Shown here: positions 44,116 through 55,792 of the stretch, piece after piece
Numbering within the stretch: the stretch's first letter is position 1
How the letters are laid out: each line of letters opens with the position of its first letter
Position numbers and translations under genes: made by a program
The notes under the pieces: generated by a model
Database searches by the model: none
Seen by the model: only the letters and a program-made list of their open reading frames with translations
What the model was told of the DNA's origin: nothing
From: Planctomycetota bacterium
GTDB taxonomy: Bacteria > Planctomycetota > B15-G4 > JADJEK01
Reading direction: 5' to 3'
NCBI GenBank assembly: GCA_044225365.1
Contig: JBGAIQ010000031.1
Span: 1-60,254 of the forward strand
Length of the DNA stretch: 60,254 nt

Positions 44116-45636
44116 TCAGAGCGAGATCTCGCTCTTCACGATCTTGCCCATCGCATTGCGGGGCAGGCTCGAGATGAAGCGGATCGACTTCGGCTTCTTG
44201 TACGAAGCGATGCGTCCCTTGCAGTGCTCGACGAGGTCGCTCTCCGTCGCGCTCGCGCCTGGGCGCAGGACGACGACTGCGAGCACCGACTCGCCGAGGT
44301 CCGGATCGGGCGAGCCGATCACCGCGACCTCTGCGACCGCGGGGTGGCTCTCGAGCGCTTCCTCGACCTCGCGCGGATAGACATTGAGTCCGCCGGTGAG
44401 GATCATCTCGCGAGCGCGACCGACGATCTTGAACTGACCGCTCGCGGGATCACTCAACGCGAGATCACCGGTCTGGAACCAGCCGTCATGACGCGACGCT
44501 TCGGTGGCAGCGGCATTCTCGTAGTATCCGGGGCCGACGGAATTGCCGCGCACGAGCAACTCTCCGGGTTCGCCGGCTTTCGCGGGATGATGATCGGAGT
44601 CGACGATCCGCACCTCGATGCCGTTCACGGGGTATCCGACGAAACCGGAGGGACGCGGAGAGTCGGCACGTTGGGCGAGCGTGATGAGCGTCTCACTCAT
44701 GCCATACCGTTCGGCGATGCGATGGCCCGTCGCGCGCTCGAATGCGTCCTTCTGGTCCGCAGGCAGCGGCGCGGACCCGGAGACCAAGAGGCGCAGCGAC
44801 GCGAGGTCGGATCTCAGCTTCGCCGGCGGTGCAGCGGCGAGGATGCGAGAGATCATCGTCGGGACGGCGAAGAGCATCGAACACCTCTCCGACTTGATCG
44901 CCGCAAGCACGGCGTTCGGGTCGAAGCGCTCGTGGAGCACGATCTCGCCGCCGATCGCGAGCGAGCCGTTGAGGCCGACGCAGAGGCCGTGCACGTGAAA
45001 CAGCGGAAGCGCGAGCAGGAGCCGGTCGGCAGCGGTCCAGCCGAATGCGTCGTGCAGTGCGACTGCATTCGCGGCAAGGTTGCCGTGCGTGAGCAGCGCG
45101 CCCTTCGAGCGACCCGTCGTCCCCGACGTGTAGACGATGAGCGCGGGATCTTGATCCTCGACGATCTCGTCGACGGGATGGACCGAGGTCTTCTTCAGCG
45201 CCTGATAGAACGGGTAGACGGTCTTGGTCTTGGGACCTCGTTCGCCCTCGCCGCGTTCGATCTCGAGCAGGGATCTCACACTGGGTGGTGCGAGCGCCGA
45301 CGCTCTCGCGATCCCGGAACGATCCGTGACGACGACGGATGGCGCCGCATTCTGGAGGATCCAGCCGAGATCGCTCTCGCGATACGCGGGATTGGCAGGG
45401 ACGACGATCGCGCCGAGCTTCAGCGCGCCGAGGTAGGCCAGCACGAACTCGATCGAGGCGTCGGCGTAGAGCAGCACGCGGTCGCCGCGATTCACACCGC
45501 AACTGCGCAGGACGCGCGCCGCCGCATTGCTGCCGCCCTCGAGATCCGCGTAGGAGAACCGACGAGTCTCGAACTGAACGGCGAGTTTGACCTGTTCCTT
45601 CGCCGCGCGGCGCCGCAGGAGGTCGAGCACGGTCAT
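44116..45636 (-). CDS. Acyl-CoA synthetase (malonyl-CoA synthetase MatB-like)
   Basis: YTSGTTGRSKG, LPLFHVHGL, ERYGMSET, WFQTGD, LPRNAMGK. ATGA overlap with the upstream peptidase. Confidence 0.9.
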   Translation of the reverse strand: MTVLDLLRRRAAKEQVKLAVQFETRRFSYADLEGGSNAAARVLRSCGVNRGDRVLLYADASIEFVLAYLGALKLGAIVVPANPAYRESDLGWILQNAAPSVVVTDRSGIARASALAPPSVRSLLEIERGEGERGPKTKTVYPFYQALKKTSVHPVDEIVEDQDPALIVYTSGTTGRSKGALLTHGNLAANAVALHDAFGWTAADRLLLALPLFHVHGLCVGLNGSLAIGGEIVLHERFDPNAVLAAIKSERCSMLFAVPTMISRILAAAPPAKLRSDLASLRLLVSGSAPLPADQKDAFERATGHRIAERYGMSETLITLAQRADSPRPSGFVGYPVNGIEVRIVDSDHHPAKAGEPGELLVRGNSVGPGYYENAAATEASRHDGWFQTGDLALSDPASGQFKIVGRAREMILTGGLNVYPREVEEALESHPAVAEVAVIGSPDPDLGESVLAVVVLRPGASATESDLVEHCKGRIASYKKPKSIRFISSLPRNAMGKIVKSEISL

Positions 45637-47585
45637 GGCGTCGTGTTCCCTTCGATCAGCTTGTCGATCGTGTTGCTCGACACCGCGTGATAGCCCGGTC
45701 GCGCCTTCTGGTAGATCGCCTTCGCGAGCGGCTTGCCCCAGTCCTTCGCGAGTAGATCCTGATACAGCGGCTTCAGGTACTTCCGGCGGCCCTGCATCGT
45801 GAGGAACTGTTCGATGGACGAATCGGCCGCTCGGTAGTCGTTGCGAATGCACACCCGGAGGAACTCGAATCGCTTCTCGCAATTCCCGGAGGTGAGGAGT
45901 TTGAAGACTCGATCGAGGTCGTCGATGCGCGACGCGTCGACGCGTTCGGGGAGCTTACGCAGGAAGTGGAGCCACTCGTGGGTCGACCAGTTCGCGACCT
46001 CGAGCGACGTCACGGGAGCACCGGCCGAGAAGCGCGTCACCTCCTTCTCGACGCGCGACAGTCGCGAACTCTCGGGCGGGGCGGCGTCGGCACGCAACCC
46101 CGGGGCGTAGAGCCACTCCTTCACGTTCAGCGCCGCGGCCCGACTCGCGTCGCCGTGGAACAGGACGTCGGTGATCATCCGTTCGAAGCGCTCCGTCGTC
46201 ATCGATTGGAATGCGAACGTGTCGAAGTAGCCGCGCAGGAAGCGATCGAACGCCGCGCGACCGACGGCGCCTTCGAGCAGGCGCAGGAACAACGCACCCT
46301 TCTCGTAGGGCACGCTCGAGAACGCGTCGTCCGGATTGCGTCCCTCGAGTTTGGTGTACAGCTGCGTGTCGCTGCTCGTGCGTCCGAACGAGTCGAGATC
46401 GGCGACGAGGTCCTGGAAGCCGAGCACCTTCAGCATGTCGGCGTAGTCCTTGCCGTACACCTGCTCCATGATGCGGTTCTCGAAGTAGACCGTGAAGCCT
46501 TCGTTCATCCAGAAGTCCTGCCACGTCGCGTTCGTGACGAGATTGCCGGACCAACTGTGCGCGAGTTCGTGCGCGACGAGCGAGACGAGCGAGCGATCCC
46601 CAGCGAGGATCGTCGGCGTGGCGAACGTGAGGCAGGGGTTCTCCATCCCGCCGAACGGGAACGATGGCGGGAGGACGAGAACGTCGTAGCGTCCCCAGCG
46701 ATACGGTCCGTAGAGCTGCTCGGCGGCCTCGATCATCTTCTCGATGTCGCGGAACTCGGATGCGGCGGATTCGACGACGCTGGGCTCCGCGAAAACGCCG
46801 CTGCGCGGCCCGAGCGACCGGAACTCGAGTTGTCCGATCGAGAGCGCGATGAGATAGGCAGGGATCGGATGCGGCATGTCGAAGCGATAGCTGCGCGTGT
46901 GGGGCGATCCCTTCACCGGCGAGCCATCGGGATCGATGCGGTTCGCGCTCATCACGGCGACGAGTTGCTCCGGCACTTCGATCGTTGCGTCGTAGGAGAG
47001 TCGGACCGCGGGCGAATCCTGGATCGGGATCCACGTGCGGGTGAGGATCGCCTGCCCTTGCGTGAAGAGGAACGGCTGCGTCTTGCCCGCCGTCTGCGCG
47101 GGATCGAGCCATTGCACCGCGGCGGCGGCGGGACTCGTCGCGTACTTCACGACGACCGCCTTCGTGTCCTTCTCGAGTTCGACGTGGAGGGCGTTGCCCA
47201 TCACGGGATCGCGCGGATCGAGTCGGTAGGTCAACTTCTTCCCGTTCGCGTCAGTCGTCGACTCGATCGCGAGGCCGTCGGTGTCGAGTACGACCTCGCG
47301 CGCGTCGGAGGTGCGATCGAGCGTCAGCGTCGCGCTGCCGCGAAGGATCTTGCTCGTGAAATCGGCCTTCAAGTCCAGCGACAGATGAGTGACCCGCGCC
47401 ACGTTCGGCTGGGCGGCGGAGTGCTGGTCCCTCGGGTACGTGAGGCGAGAGGCGGGGGAGTTCGACATCGAAGAGTTCTCCGCGGTGAGTCGCGAGAAGT
47501 CCGGAGTCTCTGCACACGCGGCAAGCAGTGCGCAGGCAGCGAGGGAGTGGAAGCGAACGTGAATTGCACGCAGGGTCGAGGCCAC
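45633..47585 (-). CDS. M1 family aminopeptidase (leukotriene A4 hydrolase-like), probable lipoprotein
   Basis: GGMEN, HELAHSW...NEGF, PYEKG, LLAAC lipobox. Start approximate. Confidence 0.93.
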   Translation of the reverse strand: MASTLRAIHVRFHSLAACALLAACAETPDFSRLTAENSSMSNSPASRLTYPRDQHSAAQPNVARVTHLSLDLKADFTSKILRGSATLTLDRTSDAREVVLDTDGLAIESTTDANGKKLTYRLDPRDPVMGNALHVELEKDTKAVVVKYATSPAAAAVQWLDPAQTAGKTQPFLFTQGQAILTRTWIPIQDSPAVRLSYDATIEVPEQLVAVMSANRIDPDGSPVKGSPHTRSYRFDMPHPIPAYLIALSIGQLEFRSLGPRSGVFAEPSVVESAASEFRDIEKMIEAAEQLYGPYRWGRYDVLVLPPSFPFGGMENPCLTFATPTILAGDRSLVSLVAHELAHSWSGNLVTNATWQDFWMNEGFTVYFENRIMEQVYGKDYADMLKVLGFQDLVADLDSFGRTSSDTQLYTKLEGRNPDDAFSSVPYEKGALFLRLLEGAVGRAAFDRFLRGYFDTFAFQSMTTERFERMITDVLFHGDASRAAALNVKEWLYAPGLRADAAPPESSRLSRVEKEVTRFSAGAPVTSLEVANWSTHEWLHFLRKLPERVDASRIDDLDRVFKLLTSGNCEKRFEFLRVCIRNDYRAADSSIEQFLTMQGRRKYLKPLYQDLLAKDWGKPLAKAIYQKARPGYHAVSSNTIDKLIEGNTTP

Positions 47586-47710
47586 GAGTCTTCGCTCCGA
47601 GTGCGGCGGACGTGCGACGCGATCGCACGATACCCAAGCGCGGCCGGCGAATCGAAGATCATGCTGGAACCAAGTGTCGCGGAGCAGGGGAGCAGCGGGC
47701 CGCAGCCATG

Positions 47711-47990
47711 ACCGCCGAATCCGGCGGCGGCGGACCGCGGCCAAAACCGCGGAACTTGGCGGCGGCGGATCGCAGCCGTGACCGCCGAAATCGGCGGCGG
47801 CGGATCGCAGCCGAAACCGCCGAACTTGGCGGCGGCGGATCGCAGCCGTGACCGCCGAACTTGGCGGCGGCGGATCGGAGCCGAAACCGCCGAACTTGGC
47901 GGCGGCGGATCGCAGCCGTGACCGCCGAAATCGGCGGCGGCGGATCGGAGCCGTGACCGCCGAAATCGGCGGCGGCGGACCGCGGCCAAG
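47711..47990. repeat. Tandem array of eight 35-bp hairpin-forming units
   Basis: ACCGCCGAA(ATC/CTT)GGCGGCGGCGGATCGCAGCCG(TG/AA) at 47711, 47746, 47781, 47816, 47851, 47886, 47921 and 47956, with partial units on both flanks. Confidence 0.95.
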
Positions 47991-48165
47991 ACCGCCGCGG
48001 CCAAATCGTGAACGGCGCCTCGGGAGATGACTCCGTCGTTACACTCCGCAGGTGGCTCCGCCGGTTTCAATTCACGAGTCCGGCGCACGCCGTATCCGGT
48101 GCGACGGCATCCCGCTTGCGCCGCGGTGTAGGTCCCGGTCGCAAGGTCATCCGTAAGAGGCACCG

Positions 48166-49290
48166 ATGTTCACTTTCCTGATCCCCTTCGCGATCGCTCT
48201 GATCCAGGCGGCGCCGCCCGCGAGGCCGCAGAATCCGTCGGAAGCTCCCGCCGCCGCGGCTCGGCAGCTCGCACCTCTCGAGCCCGAGGGTCGGCACATT
48301 CTGCATTTCTCGGGCCCGATCATCGGCGAGGGGGACCCGGCGCGCGACTACGCGAAGGCACTCGACACCGCGGCTCCCACGGGCAGCAGCATGTGGATCG
48401 ACCTGCCCGGCGCGCGCTCGTGGGACAAGTCGATCGAACATCTCCAGGAGCGACTTACCGAGTCGAAGGCCACCGGGATGCTCCTCAGCCTGACGGTCGG
48501 GTTCGACTCGGGCCGCATCGACGGCTTCGAGACGGCGGCGGACGCCGACTACGCGCAGACCGACAAGTACGACTCGATGGTGGGCAATCTCGCAAAGATC
48601 CTCGCGAGTTCGGGAGTCCAGGTCTTCCTGCGGATCGGCGGCGAGTTGAATGAGGAGTGGCAGGGGAATCACCCCTACGTCTTCCCGCTCGCGTTCCGCA
48701 AGTTCGTGAATCAGATCCGCGCGGCGGGCGCCAAGAACGTAGCGACCGTCTGGTGCATCGAGCCGCATGGCGATCCGGATCTCTTCGGCTCGGACGAGTC
48801 CGGGCGCGCGAAGTGGTTCCCCGGCGATGGCTTCGCGGACTGGTATGGAATCGACATCTTCTCCGCCGATACGTTCCGCATCGTCGGACGCGGAAGCAAT
48901 CGTGGATTCAAGGGCGCGCGGCGGCGCACCAATGCGTACGCGGTGACGCAGCAATTCATGGCGCACGCCAAGGCGGTCGGGAAGCCGGTGTTCATCGCCG
49001 AATCGACCTGTTACCCGTACACGATTCCGTCGCCGGACACCGATCCAGACGGCGTTGCTGCGCAGCAGGTCTGGAACGAGTGGTTCAAGCCGTTCACCGA
49101 GTGGCTGGACGAACATCCGGAAGTGAAGGGTTACTGCTACACGCCGCTCGACTGGTCGCGGACGCGGCAATACTCGGATTGGGGCGACGCGCGAATCCAG
49201 ATCAACAAGACGATCACCGATCTGTGGCGGGTCGAGCTCACCCGCGAGCGGTGGATCAACCGCGGACGCAAGTTCCAGCTCGGTCCCTGA
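48166..49290 (+). CDS. Exported GH26-like glycoside hydrolase
   Basis: Signal peptide, VFLRIGGELN acid/base motif, WFPGD..ADWYGID, KPVFIAES nucleophile, WGDARI. Confidence 0.8.
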   Translation: MFTFLIPFAIALIQAAPPARPQNPSEAPAAAARQLAPLEPEGRHILHFSGPIIGEGDPARDYAKALDTAAPTGSSMWIDLPGARSWDKSIEHLQERLTESKATGMLLSLTVGFDSGRIDGFETAADADYAQTDKYDSMVGNLAKILASSGVQVFLRIGGELNEEWQGNHPYVFPLAFRKFVNQIRAAGAKNVATVWCIEPHGDPDLFGSDESGRAKWFPGDGFADWYGIDIFSADTFRIVGRGSNRGFKGARRRTNAYAVTQQFMAHAKAVGKPVFIAESTCYPYTIPSPDTDPDGVAAQQVWNEWFKPFTEWLDEHPEVKGYCYTPLDWSRTRQYSDWGDARIQINKTITDLWRVELTRERWINRGRKFQLGP

Positions 49291-49549
49291 GACGCTTCGC
49301 CACGCTCGAGAGGCGACGGTCCGCGCCACACGGGGCGGTCCACTGCGCCTTTTTTCGTTCGTTCGAGTGGAAAAGTGGATTCTTCCCTTCGCCTTGGGTC
49401 GGGACCGCTTGAACTCCGATCAAGAATCATCTGAGATGATCACCCCGCCTCGTCTCGACCGGCGGGAGCGAAGCGATGTTCGCGGCACGGTGCTCGTCCC
49501 GATCGAGTGACCGCGGAGTCCCGTGAATTCGAATTCCTTGGAGCGTCCG

Positions 49550-50842
<1,293 letters not shown>

Positions 50843-50851
50843 GCCTCGCGC

Positions 50852-52147
50852 TCACAGCTTCGGCATCGCGAGCACGAACATCTGTTGCGTGCCTCCGGTT
50901 CCGAGCTTCAAGGATCCGGAGACGAAGAAGAGTTTCTTGCCGTTCCCGCTCAGGGCCGGCTTGTCGACGAAGTCGCTCGACGCGCAGACGTCGGGCGTCG
51001 CGGGCTCGATGACCGTCGACTTCTTCGCGATGCGATCATAGACGCGGGTGCGCAGCATGTTGGCGTTCTGCTGGAACGGATTCTTGTAGTACACGAGGAT
51101 TGCGACCCGACGACCGTTGTTGGAGATCGATGTCGTGTTCGCGAATTCTTGGAGCGCGGGGTCGAAGTCGCAGGGCACGCGTGAGATCTTGCCGGTCTTG
51201 CGATCGACGACGAAGATGTCTTCCGTCGAGCCGACGTCGGAGTCGGCCGTCAGATTGGTCGCGTACGAGACGAAGCTGATGTAGCGACCGTTCTCCGAGA
51301 TCGACGAGCCGAAGCAGCCGCTGTTGGGACTGGCTCCGTTCTGGGACTTCGAAATGAGGTACGTCGTCTGCGTCACGCGATCGCGGAGGATGATCTTCCT
51401 CGAGAGCACGGGCGTGTCGTCCGGCATGTTCGTCGCGTCGGTCTCGAACACGACGTAGCGACCGTCCTTCGACAGGTGGGCCACGAGCGCCATGTCATTC
51501 GCGAAGTGGTCCTGGTTGTTGACCGAGGCGAACTCGAGGGTCGTCGTCTTCGCATCGTAGACGAAGACATGCATGTGCACCGGAAGGAGAGGCATCATGT
51601 TCGGCGAGTCGTTCGTGAAGGTGACGACCGTTCCATCCCCGCTGATGTCGGGATACCACGAGCGCTTCGTTGCCACGTGGTTCAGCGTGTCCTTGGAGAG
51701 TAGCTTGAGCGTGTTCGCCGTGAGATCGGCGTAGTAGACCTGCTCGGCGCCATTCGATTGGAATCCGAGATTGGTCGCCGTGGTCAGGAAGACGACCTTG
51801 GTGCCATCATCCGAGATCTTGGGTTCGCTGCACGCGCCATCGGCGGGTTGGCCATTCCCATTCTTGCTGACGAGCTTCGTCTCGCCGGTCTTGCGATCGA
51901 GCCAGAAGATCTGGAACTGGGTCGGCGTGATGCCCGGAACGATGTTCGTCGCGCCGCACGCGAACGCGACGTATCGGCCGCTCTTGCTGGTGCCGAAGTA
52001 CGTCGTCGCGTGATCGAACGATACACCGCTGACCTGAGTGACGATCTTTGCGTTCGTCGTCGTCACTGCGGCGTGGGACACACTCTCTGCGCCGGCGAGC
52101 GCGAGAAACAGCGAGAGAACAATTCGTGAGTTGCGGCGCGGTGACAT
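50852..52147 (-). CDS. Secreted TolB-like (PD40) beta-propeller, paralogue 1
   Basis: Signal peptide. Repeated ISxDGRYVxF...ATN...DRxTG units. Confidence 0.88.
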   Translation of the reverse strand: MSPRRNSRIVLSLFLALAGAESVSHAAVTTTNAKIVTQVSGVSFDHATTYFGTSKSGRYVAFACGATNIVPGITPTQFQIFWLDRKTGETKLVSKNGNGQPADGACSEPKISDDGTKVVFLTTATNLGFQSNGAEQVYYADLTANTLKLLSKDTLNHVATKRSWYPDISGDGTVVTFTNDSPNMMPLLPVHMHVFVYDAKTTTLEFASVNNQDHFANDMALVAHLSKDGRYVVFETDATNMPDDTPVLSRKIILRDRVTQTTYLISKSQNGASPNSGCFGSSISENGRYISFVSYATNLTADSDVGSTEDIFVVDRKTGKISRVPCDFDPALQEFANTTSISNNGRRVAILVYYKNPFQQNANMLRTRVYDRIAKKSTVIEPATPDVCASSDFVDKPALSGNGKKLFFVSGSLKLGTGGTQQMFVLAMPKL

Positions 52148-52198
52148 TGGTTCATTCCTCGATCGGGCGGAGAAGCACGAGAAGGGGTGTGACGCTCG

Positions 52199-52233
52199 GA
52201 ATCCGCGGATCTCTCGCGAGGTCTCGCGGATTC
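52199..52233. terminator. Intergenic hairpin between propeller paralogues
   Basis: GAATCCGCG...CGCGGATTC with an inner partial stem. Confidence 0.35.
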
Positions 52234-52306
52234 AGAAGATGGGGGACGGTCGCAATCGGGGCATCCTTCGCTCGCCGATTCCAAGCGACCAGAAATAGAT
52301 TGCTCG

Positions 52307-53617
52307 TCAAGGTTTACCAAGGTTGAGCTGATAGACCTGATCGTTTGGACCGAGCTGGCCGTTGAGCGCCTCGGCGGGCGTTTCGAAGTACAACTTCTTG
52401 CCATTCGCGGTCAGGAAACCCATCCCGATCGTGTCGGTTGCCGCGGTGGTCTGTGCGGGCGAGGTGATCTGGAGCAGCTTCTCGGTGTGTTGAACGAAGT
52501 CGAACACCCGCACTCGACCAATCGAGTGGTTCGGCAATACGGAGCTGTCGTAGAGGCACGTCGCGGCGACACGCTTTCCCGAATCCGAGACCGAAAGCGT
52601 CACGACACCTTCGCTCAACGACGAGTCGAGCGCGAGTGGTTGACGTGCGACCTTGCCATTCGTGCGGTCGATGACGTAGAGCGCGCGCTCGCCGACGGGG
52701 GACCCGAGGGGGACGAGATTCGTCGCGGTGGAGACGAAGGCCACGAATCGTCCGTTGCGGGACTGGGTCACGTTATGGACGTAGTCGTTCGCGGGAACTC
52801 CGGCCTGCGACTTCGTGACGAGCGCGCAGTCACCCGTCTTCCGATCGTGGACCACGATCTTGGTGAACGACCCTCCGTTCGCGTCCGGCAGGTTCGTCGC
52901 AAACGTCTGGAAACTCACGAAGCGTCCATCCTTGCCGAGGAAGGGGTGATACGAATTGTCGTTTGCCCAGGCGCCGTCCGAATTGAAGGAGACGGTATCG
53001 AGCGTGTCCTTCGTGGAGTCGTAGACGAGGACGTGAGACGTAGGGGCGAGCACGCCGAGCAATGTCTGCGACCTCGTCGTGAAGGCGACGATGCGACCAT
53101 CACCAGAGATCTCGGGGTCGTAGCAGTGATCGTTCGCGATCGTGCCGTTCCACGTCTTCGAAATGATCTTTGCGGTTCCCGCTTTGACGTCCGCGTACGC
53201 GACCTGGGACACCACATTGGCGGGCGCACCGAAGTTCGACGCGAGGGTGAGGAACGTCACATGGCGGCCGTCGTCCGAGACGCGTGGGTTGCTCGAGTCG
53301 TCATCGCCGGGGTCACCGTTCGCGTTACGGCTCACCAACCTGGTCTCTCCGGTCTGGCGATCGATCCAGTAGATCTCGTAGATCGTGGCCGGCGGGTTCG
53401 CTCCTTTGAGGAAGTCCGCGTCGCGGGAACTGAAGACGAGGAAGCGGCCGTTTCGCGAGATACCGAAATCATAGAGGCCCTCGTCTGGCGCCTTTCCTCC
53501 CGGAGGCTTCGAGACGAGCTTCGAATCGAGGATGGAGGTTCCGGCGGACGCCGACAGGGGGATGGGCGCGAGGGAAAGTAGGGCGACGGCGACTTGGAGG
53601 CGGGACAGGAGTTTCAT
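52307..53617 (-). CDS. Secreted TolB-like beta-propeller, paralogue 2
   Basis: GAGGA RBS, signal peptide, same repeat units. SILDSKLV is shared with paralogue 3. Confidence 0.88.
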   Translation of the reverse strand: MKLLSRLQVAVALLSLAPIPLSASAGTSILDSKLVSKPPGGKAPDEGLYDFGISRNGRFLVFSSRDADFLKGANPPATIYEIYWIDRQTGETRLVSRNANGDPGDDDSSNPRVSDDGRHVTFLTLASNFGAPANVVSQVAYADVKAGTAKIISKTWNGTIANDHCYDPEISGDGRIVAFTTRSQTLLGVLAPTSHVLVYDSTKDTLDTVSFNSDGAWANDNSYHPFLGKDGRFVSFQTFATNLPDANGGSFTKIVVHDRKTGDCALVTKSQAGVPANDYVHNVTQSRNGRFVAFVSTATNLVPLGSPVGERALYVIDRTNGKVARQPLALDSSLSEGVVTLSVSDSGKRVAATCLYDSSVLPNHSIGRVRVFDFVQHTEKLLQITSPAQTTAATDTIGMGFLTANGKKLYFETPAEALNGQLGPNDQVYQLNLGKP

Positions 53618-53868
53618 TGCGTTCCTCGTGGCGGGTTTGGGGGGGAGGGGCGTGAATCGGTCGAGCCGGGGAGCGGGCCGGGATTCGATCCCGATCCAAA
53701 CCGGATGCCTCCGGAAAGGCCGCAACCGGGCTCGAGTGGACCGGGGCATCGATTTTTTTTCGACGGCGACGAATCACACGGTCTGCCGGGAAGGACTCGA
53801 TCCGAGGTCGTGCCGCGACGACCGGCACGACCTCGGATCGGATGTTCACGTCGGGGATGGGCTGGCGC

Positions 53869-55170
53869 TCAGAGGCCCTTGAGCGACAGTTCGAAGGCCT
53901 GGTTGCTCACCGGCTGGACGAACCCGAAGACGGAAGCGGACGAGAGGAAGAACAGTTTCTTGCCATCGCCGGTGATGGCCGAGCAACGCAGTGTGTCGTT
54001 CGTGTTCAGTGTGCCGCCGACCGGACCTGGATCCATGGTGACGACGTGACCGGTCTTGCGGTCGACCACGATGCTCCGGGCGAAGATGTCGAAGAAATCG
54101 GGCAAGATGAACCGCTCGGTCTCTACCGCGAGGCGCCGTCCATCGTCCGACAACGACACTGAATACACACCCTCGCCGGCAGCCACATCGAGAGGGATGT
54201 CGTTCCGTGTCACCTTCCCCGTGATCCTGTCTTTCACGAATACTTGGGTCGTGCCCGGCGGACCCGCATCACTCGTCAGGTTCGTCGCCGTCGAGCGGAA
54301 GGCGATGTAGCGGCCATTCGCCGACATCGCCGGAAAGTAACACGACGCATCGGCTGGAACTCCCTCCTTGGATTGCGACACGAGGTAGGAATCGCCGGTC
54401 TTGCGGTCGTGCAGGATGATCTTGGAGCCCATCGGGGCGCCATCGTCCGGTAGGTTCGTCGCGCTCGAGTAGTACACGAGGTAGCGCCCGTCCTGGGAGA
54501 GATGGGGGTCGAAACACGACTCGTTGGCCCACGATCCCGACGAGTTGAACGAGTGTGCTTCGAGCGTCGCCTTGTCGACGTCGTAGATGTAGAGATGAAC
54601 CACGTTGGAAACACTTCCGAACAGGCTGGATGCGGTCGTCGAGAACACCACGGATCGTCCGTTTCCTGCGATCTCACATCCCAAGACGTCTTTGTTCGCG
54701 AGGACCCCGTTCCACTTGCGCGAGACCACCGTGATTTCGCCGCTCGTCACGTCGGCCAGGAACGCCTGATACGAACCATTCGCGTCGGCTCCGAGATTCG
54801 TCGCACGCGAGATGAATACGACCTTCTTGCCGTTGCTCGAGACCTGGGGCGAGAGACAGTCCTCGTCGGCGTTCTGTCCGCCAGGCCCTCGACTGATCAC
54901 CTTCCTCGCGCCCGTCTTCGTATCGACCCACAGGATTTGAGCATGATTCGAGGACAGATACCCGGGAGCGAGATTCGCAGCGGTCGTCTCCAACACCACG
55001 TAGCGGCCGCTCTTCGAAGCGACGGCGGCGTAGATTCCGCCGGTTGCGATCCCACCGCCTGGGGGCTGTACCACGAGTTTCGAATCCAGAATGGAGATGC
55101 TGGCGAAGGAAGGGCTCGAGGCGAGGAGGGCGAGCGCGAACGAGGAAACGCGTGCGATTCGGCGGAACAT
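53869..55170 (-). CDS. Secreted TolB-like beta-propeller, paralogue 3
   Basis: AGGAG RBS, signal peptide, same repeat units. Confidence 0.88.
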   Translation of the reverse strand: MFRRIARVSSFALALLASSPSFASISILDSKLVVQPPGGGIATGGIYAAVASKSGRYVVLETTAANLAPGYLSSNHAQILWVDTKTGARKVISRGPGGQNADEDCLSPQVSSNGKKVVFISRATNLGADANGSYQAFLADVTSGEITVVSRKWNGVLANKDVLGCEIAGNGRSVVFSTTASSLFGSVSNVVHLYIYDVDKATLEAHSFNSSGSWANESCFDPHLSQDGRYLVYYSSATNLPDDGAPMGSKIILHDRKTGDSYLVSQSKEGVPADASCYFPAMSANGRYIAFRSTATNLTSDAGPPGTTQVFVKDRITGKVTRNDIPLDVAAGEGVYSVSLSDDGRRLAVETERFILPDFFDIFARSIVVDRKTGHVVTMDPGPVGGTLNTNDTLRCSAITGDGKKLFFLSSASVFGFVQPVSNQAFELSLKGL

Positions 55171-55296
55171 GGTCGACTCCTGACGATGGCGAGGGAACCG
55201 GGCGCCGCAACGTCGCGGGCCGCGTGACCCGAGAAGGTCGCGATCGGAGTCGACTGGACAAGTTTCTCGAGAATGAAGCGCTTCCCGCCGTCTCGT

Positions 55297-55662
55297 TCAC
55301 CCGCAGCGGCGCTTCAGTTCCTCGGCCGTGATCGAATGATGCGAAGCGTGCCACAGCACTTTTCCATTCTCGATCAGGATCGCCTGGGGCGATTCATGGC
55401 GCACTTTCAGGCGCTCGGCGATGGCGAGCGAGATCGGCCGCTGTTCGACGACGAGGACGCGAGCCGTTCTCGCCCGATCGGCGCCCGCGGAACTCAGCCA
55501 GTCCTCGTATTCCCGATTCGCGTGGGAGCTGATCGGGCAGCGAGTCGAGTGCTTGAAGAGCAACCACTTGCCGCCGCCCTCGGAGTTCAGCAGGGGATCC
55601 AGCTGGTCCATGGCGGTGAGTTCGAGGTCGGGTCGGGCGTTTCGTGGGTCTGCAAGGGTCAT
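55297..55662 (-). CDS. ytxJ: Monothiol bacilliredoxin YtxJ/BrxC (DUF2847)
   Basis: LFKHSTRCPIS, VRHESPQAILI, WHASH. Confidence 0.92.
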   Translation of the reverse strand: MTLADPRNARPDLELTAMDQLDPLLNSEGGGKWLLFKHSTRCPISSHANREYEDWLSSAGADRARTARVLVVEQRPISLAIAERLKVRHESPQAILIENGKVLWHASHHSITAEELKRRCG

Positions 55663-55792
55663 GGGCGAGAGGTTCCAAGGCTGCCGGTCGATTTCGAGAA
55701 CCGGGCTATAAGATAGCTTCGACCGGCGCGCCGACGGGCATGACCGGGCAACGATACGACACGACACGATGAAAACGATCCGGAGGATTGCG

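Noticed and set aside
47711-47990. CRISPR array
   Set aside because: Units are head-to-tail with no unique spacers, and there are no cas genes in the window.
47369-48163. ORFs running through the 35-bp array
   Set aside because: The period is not divisible by 3, the translations are low-complexity frame-cycling repeats, and there is no RBS.
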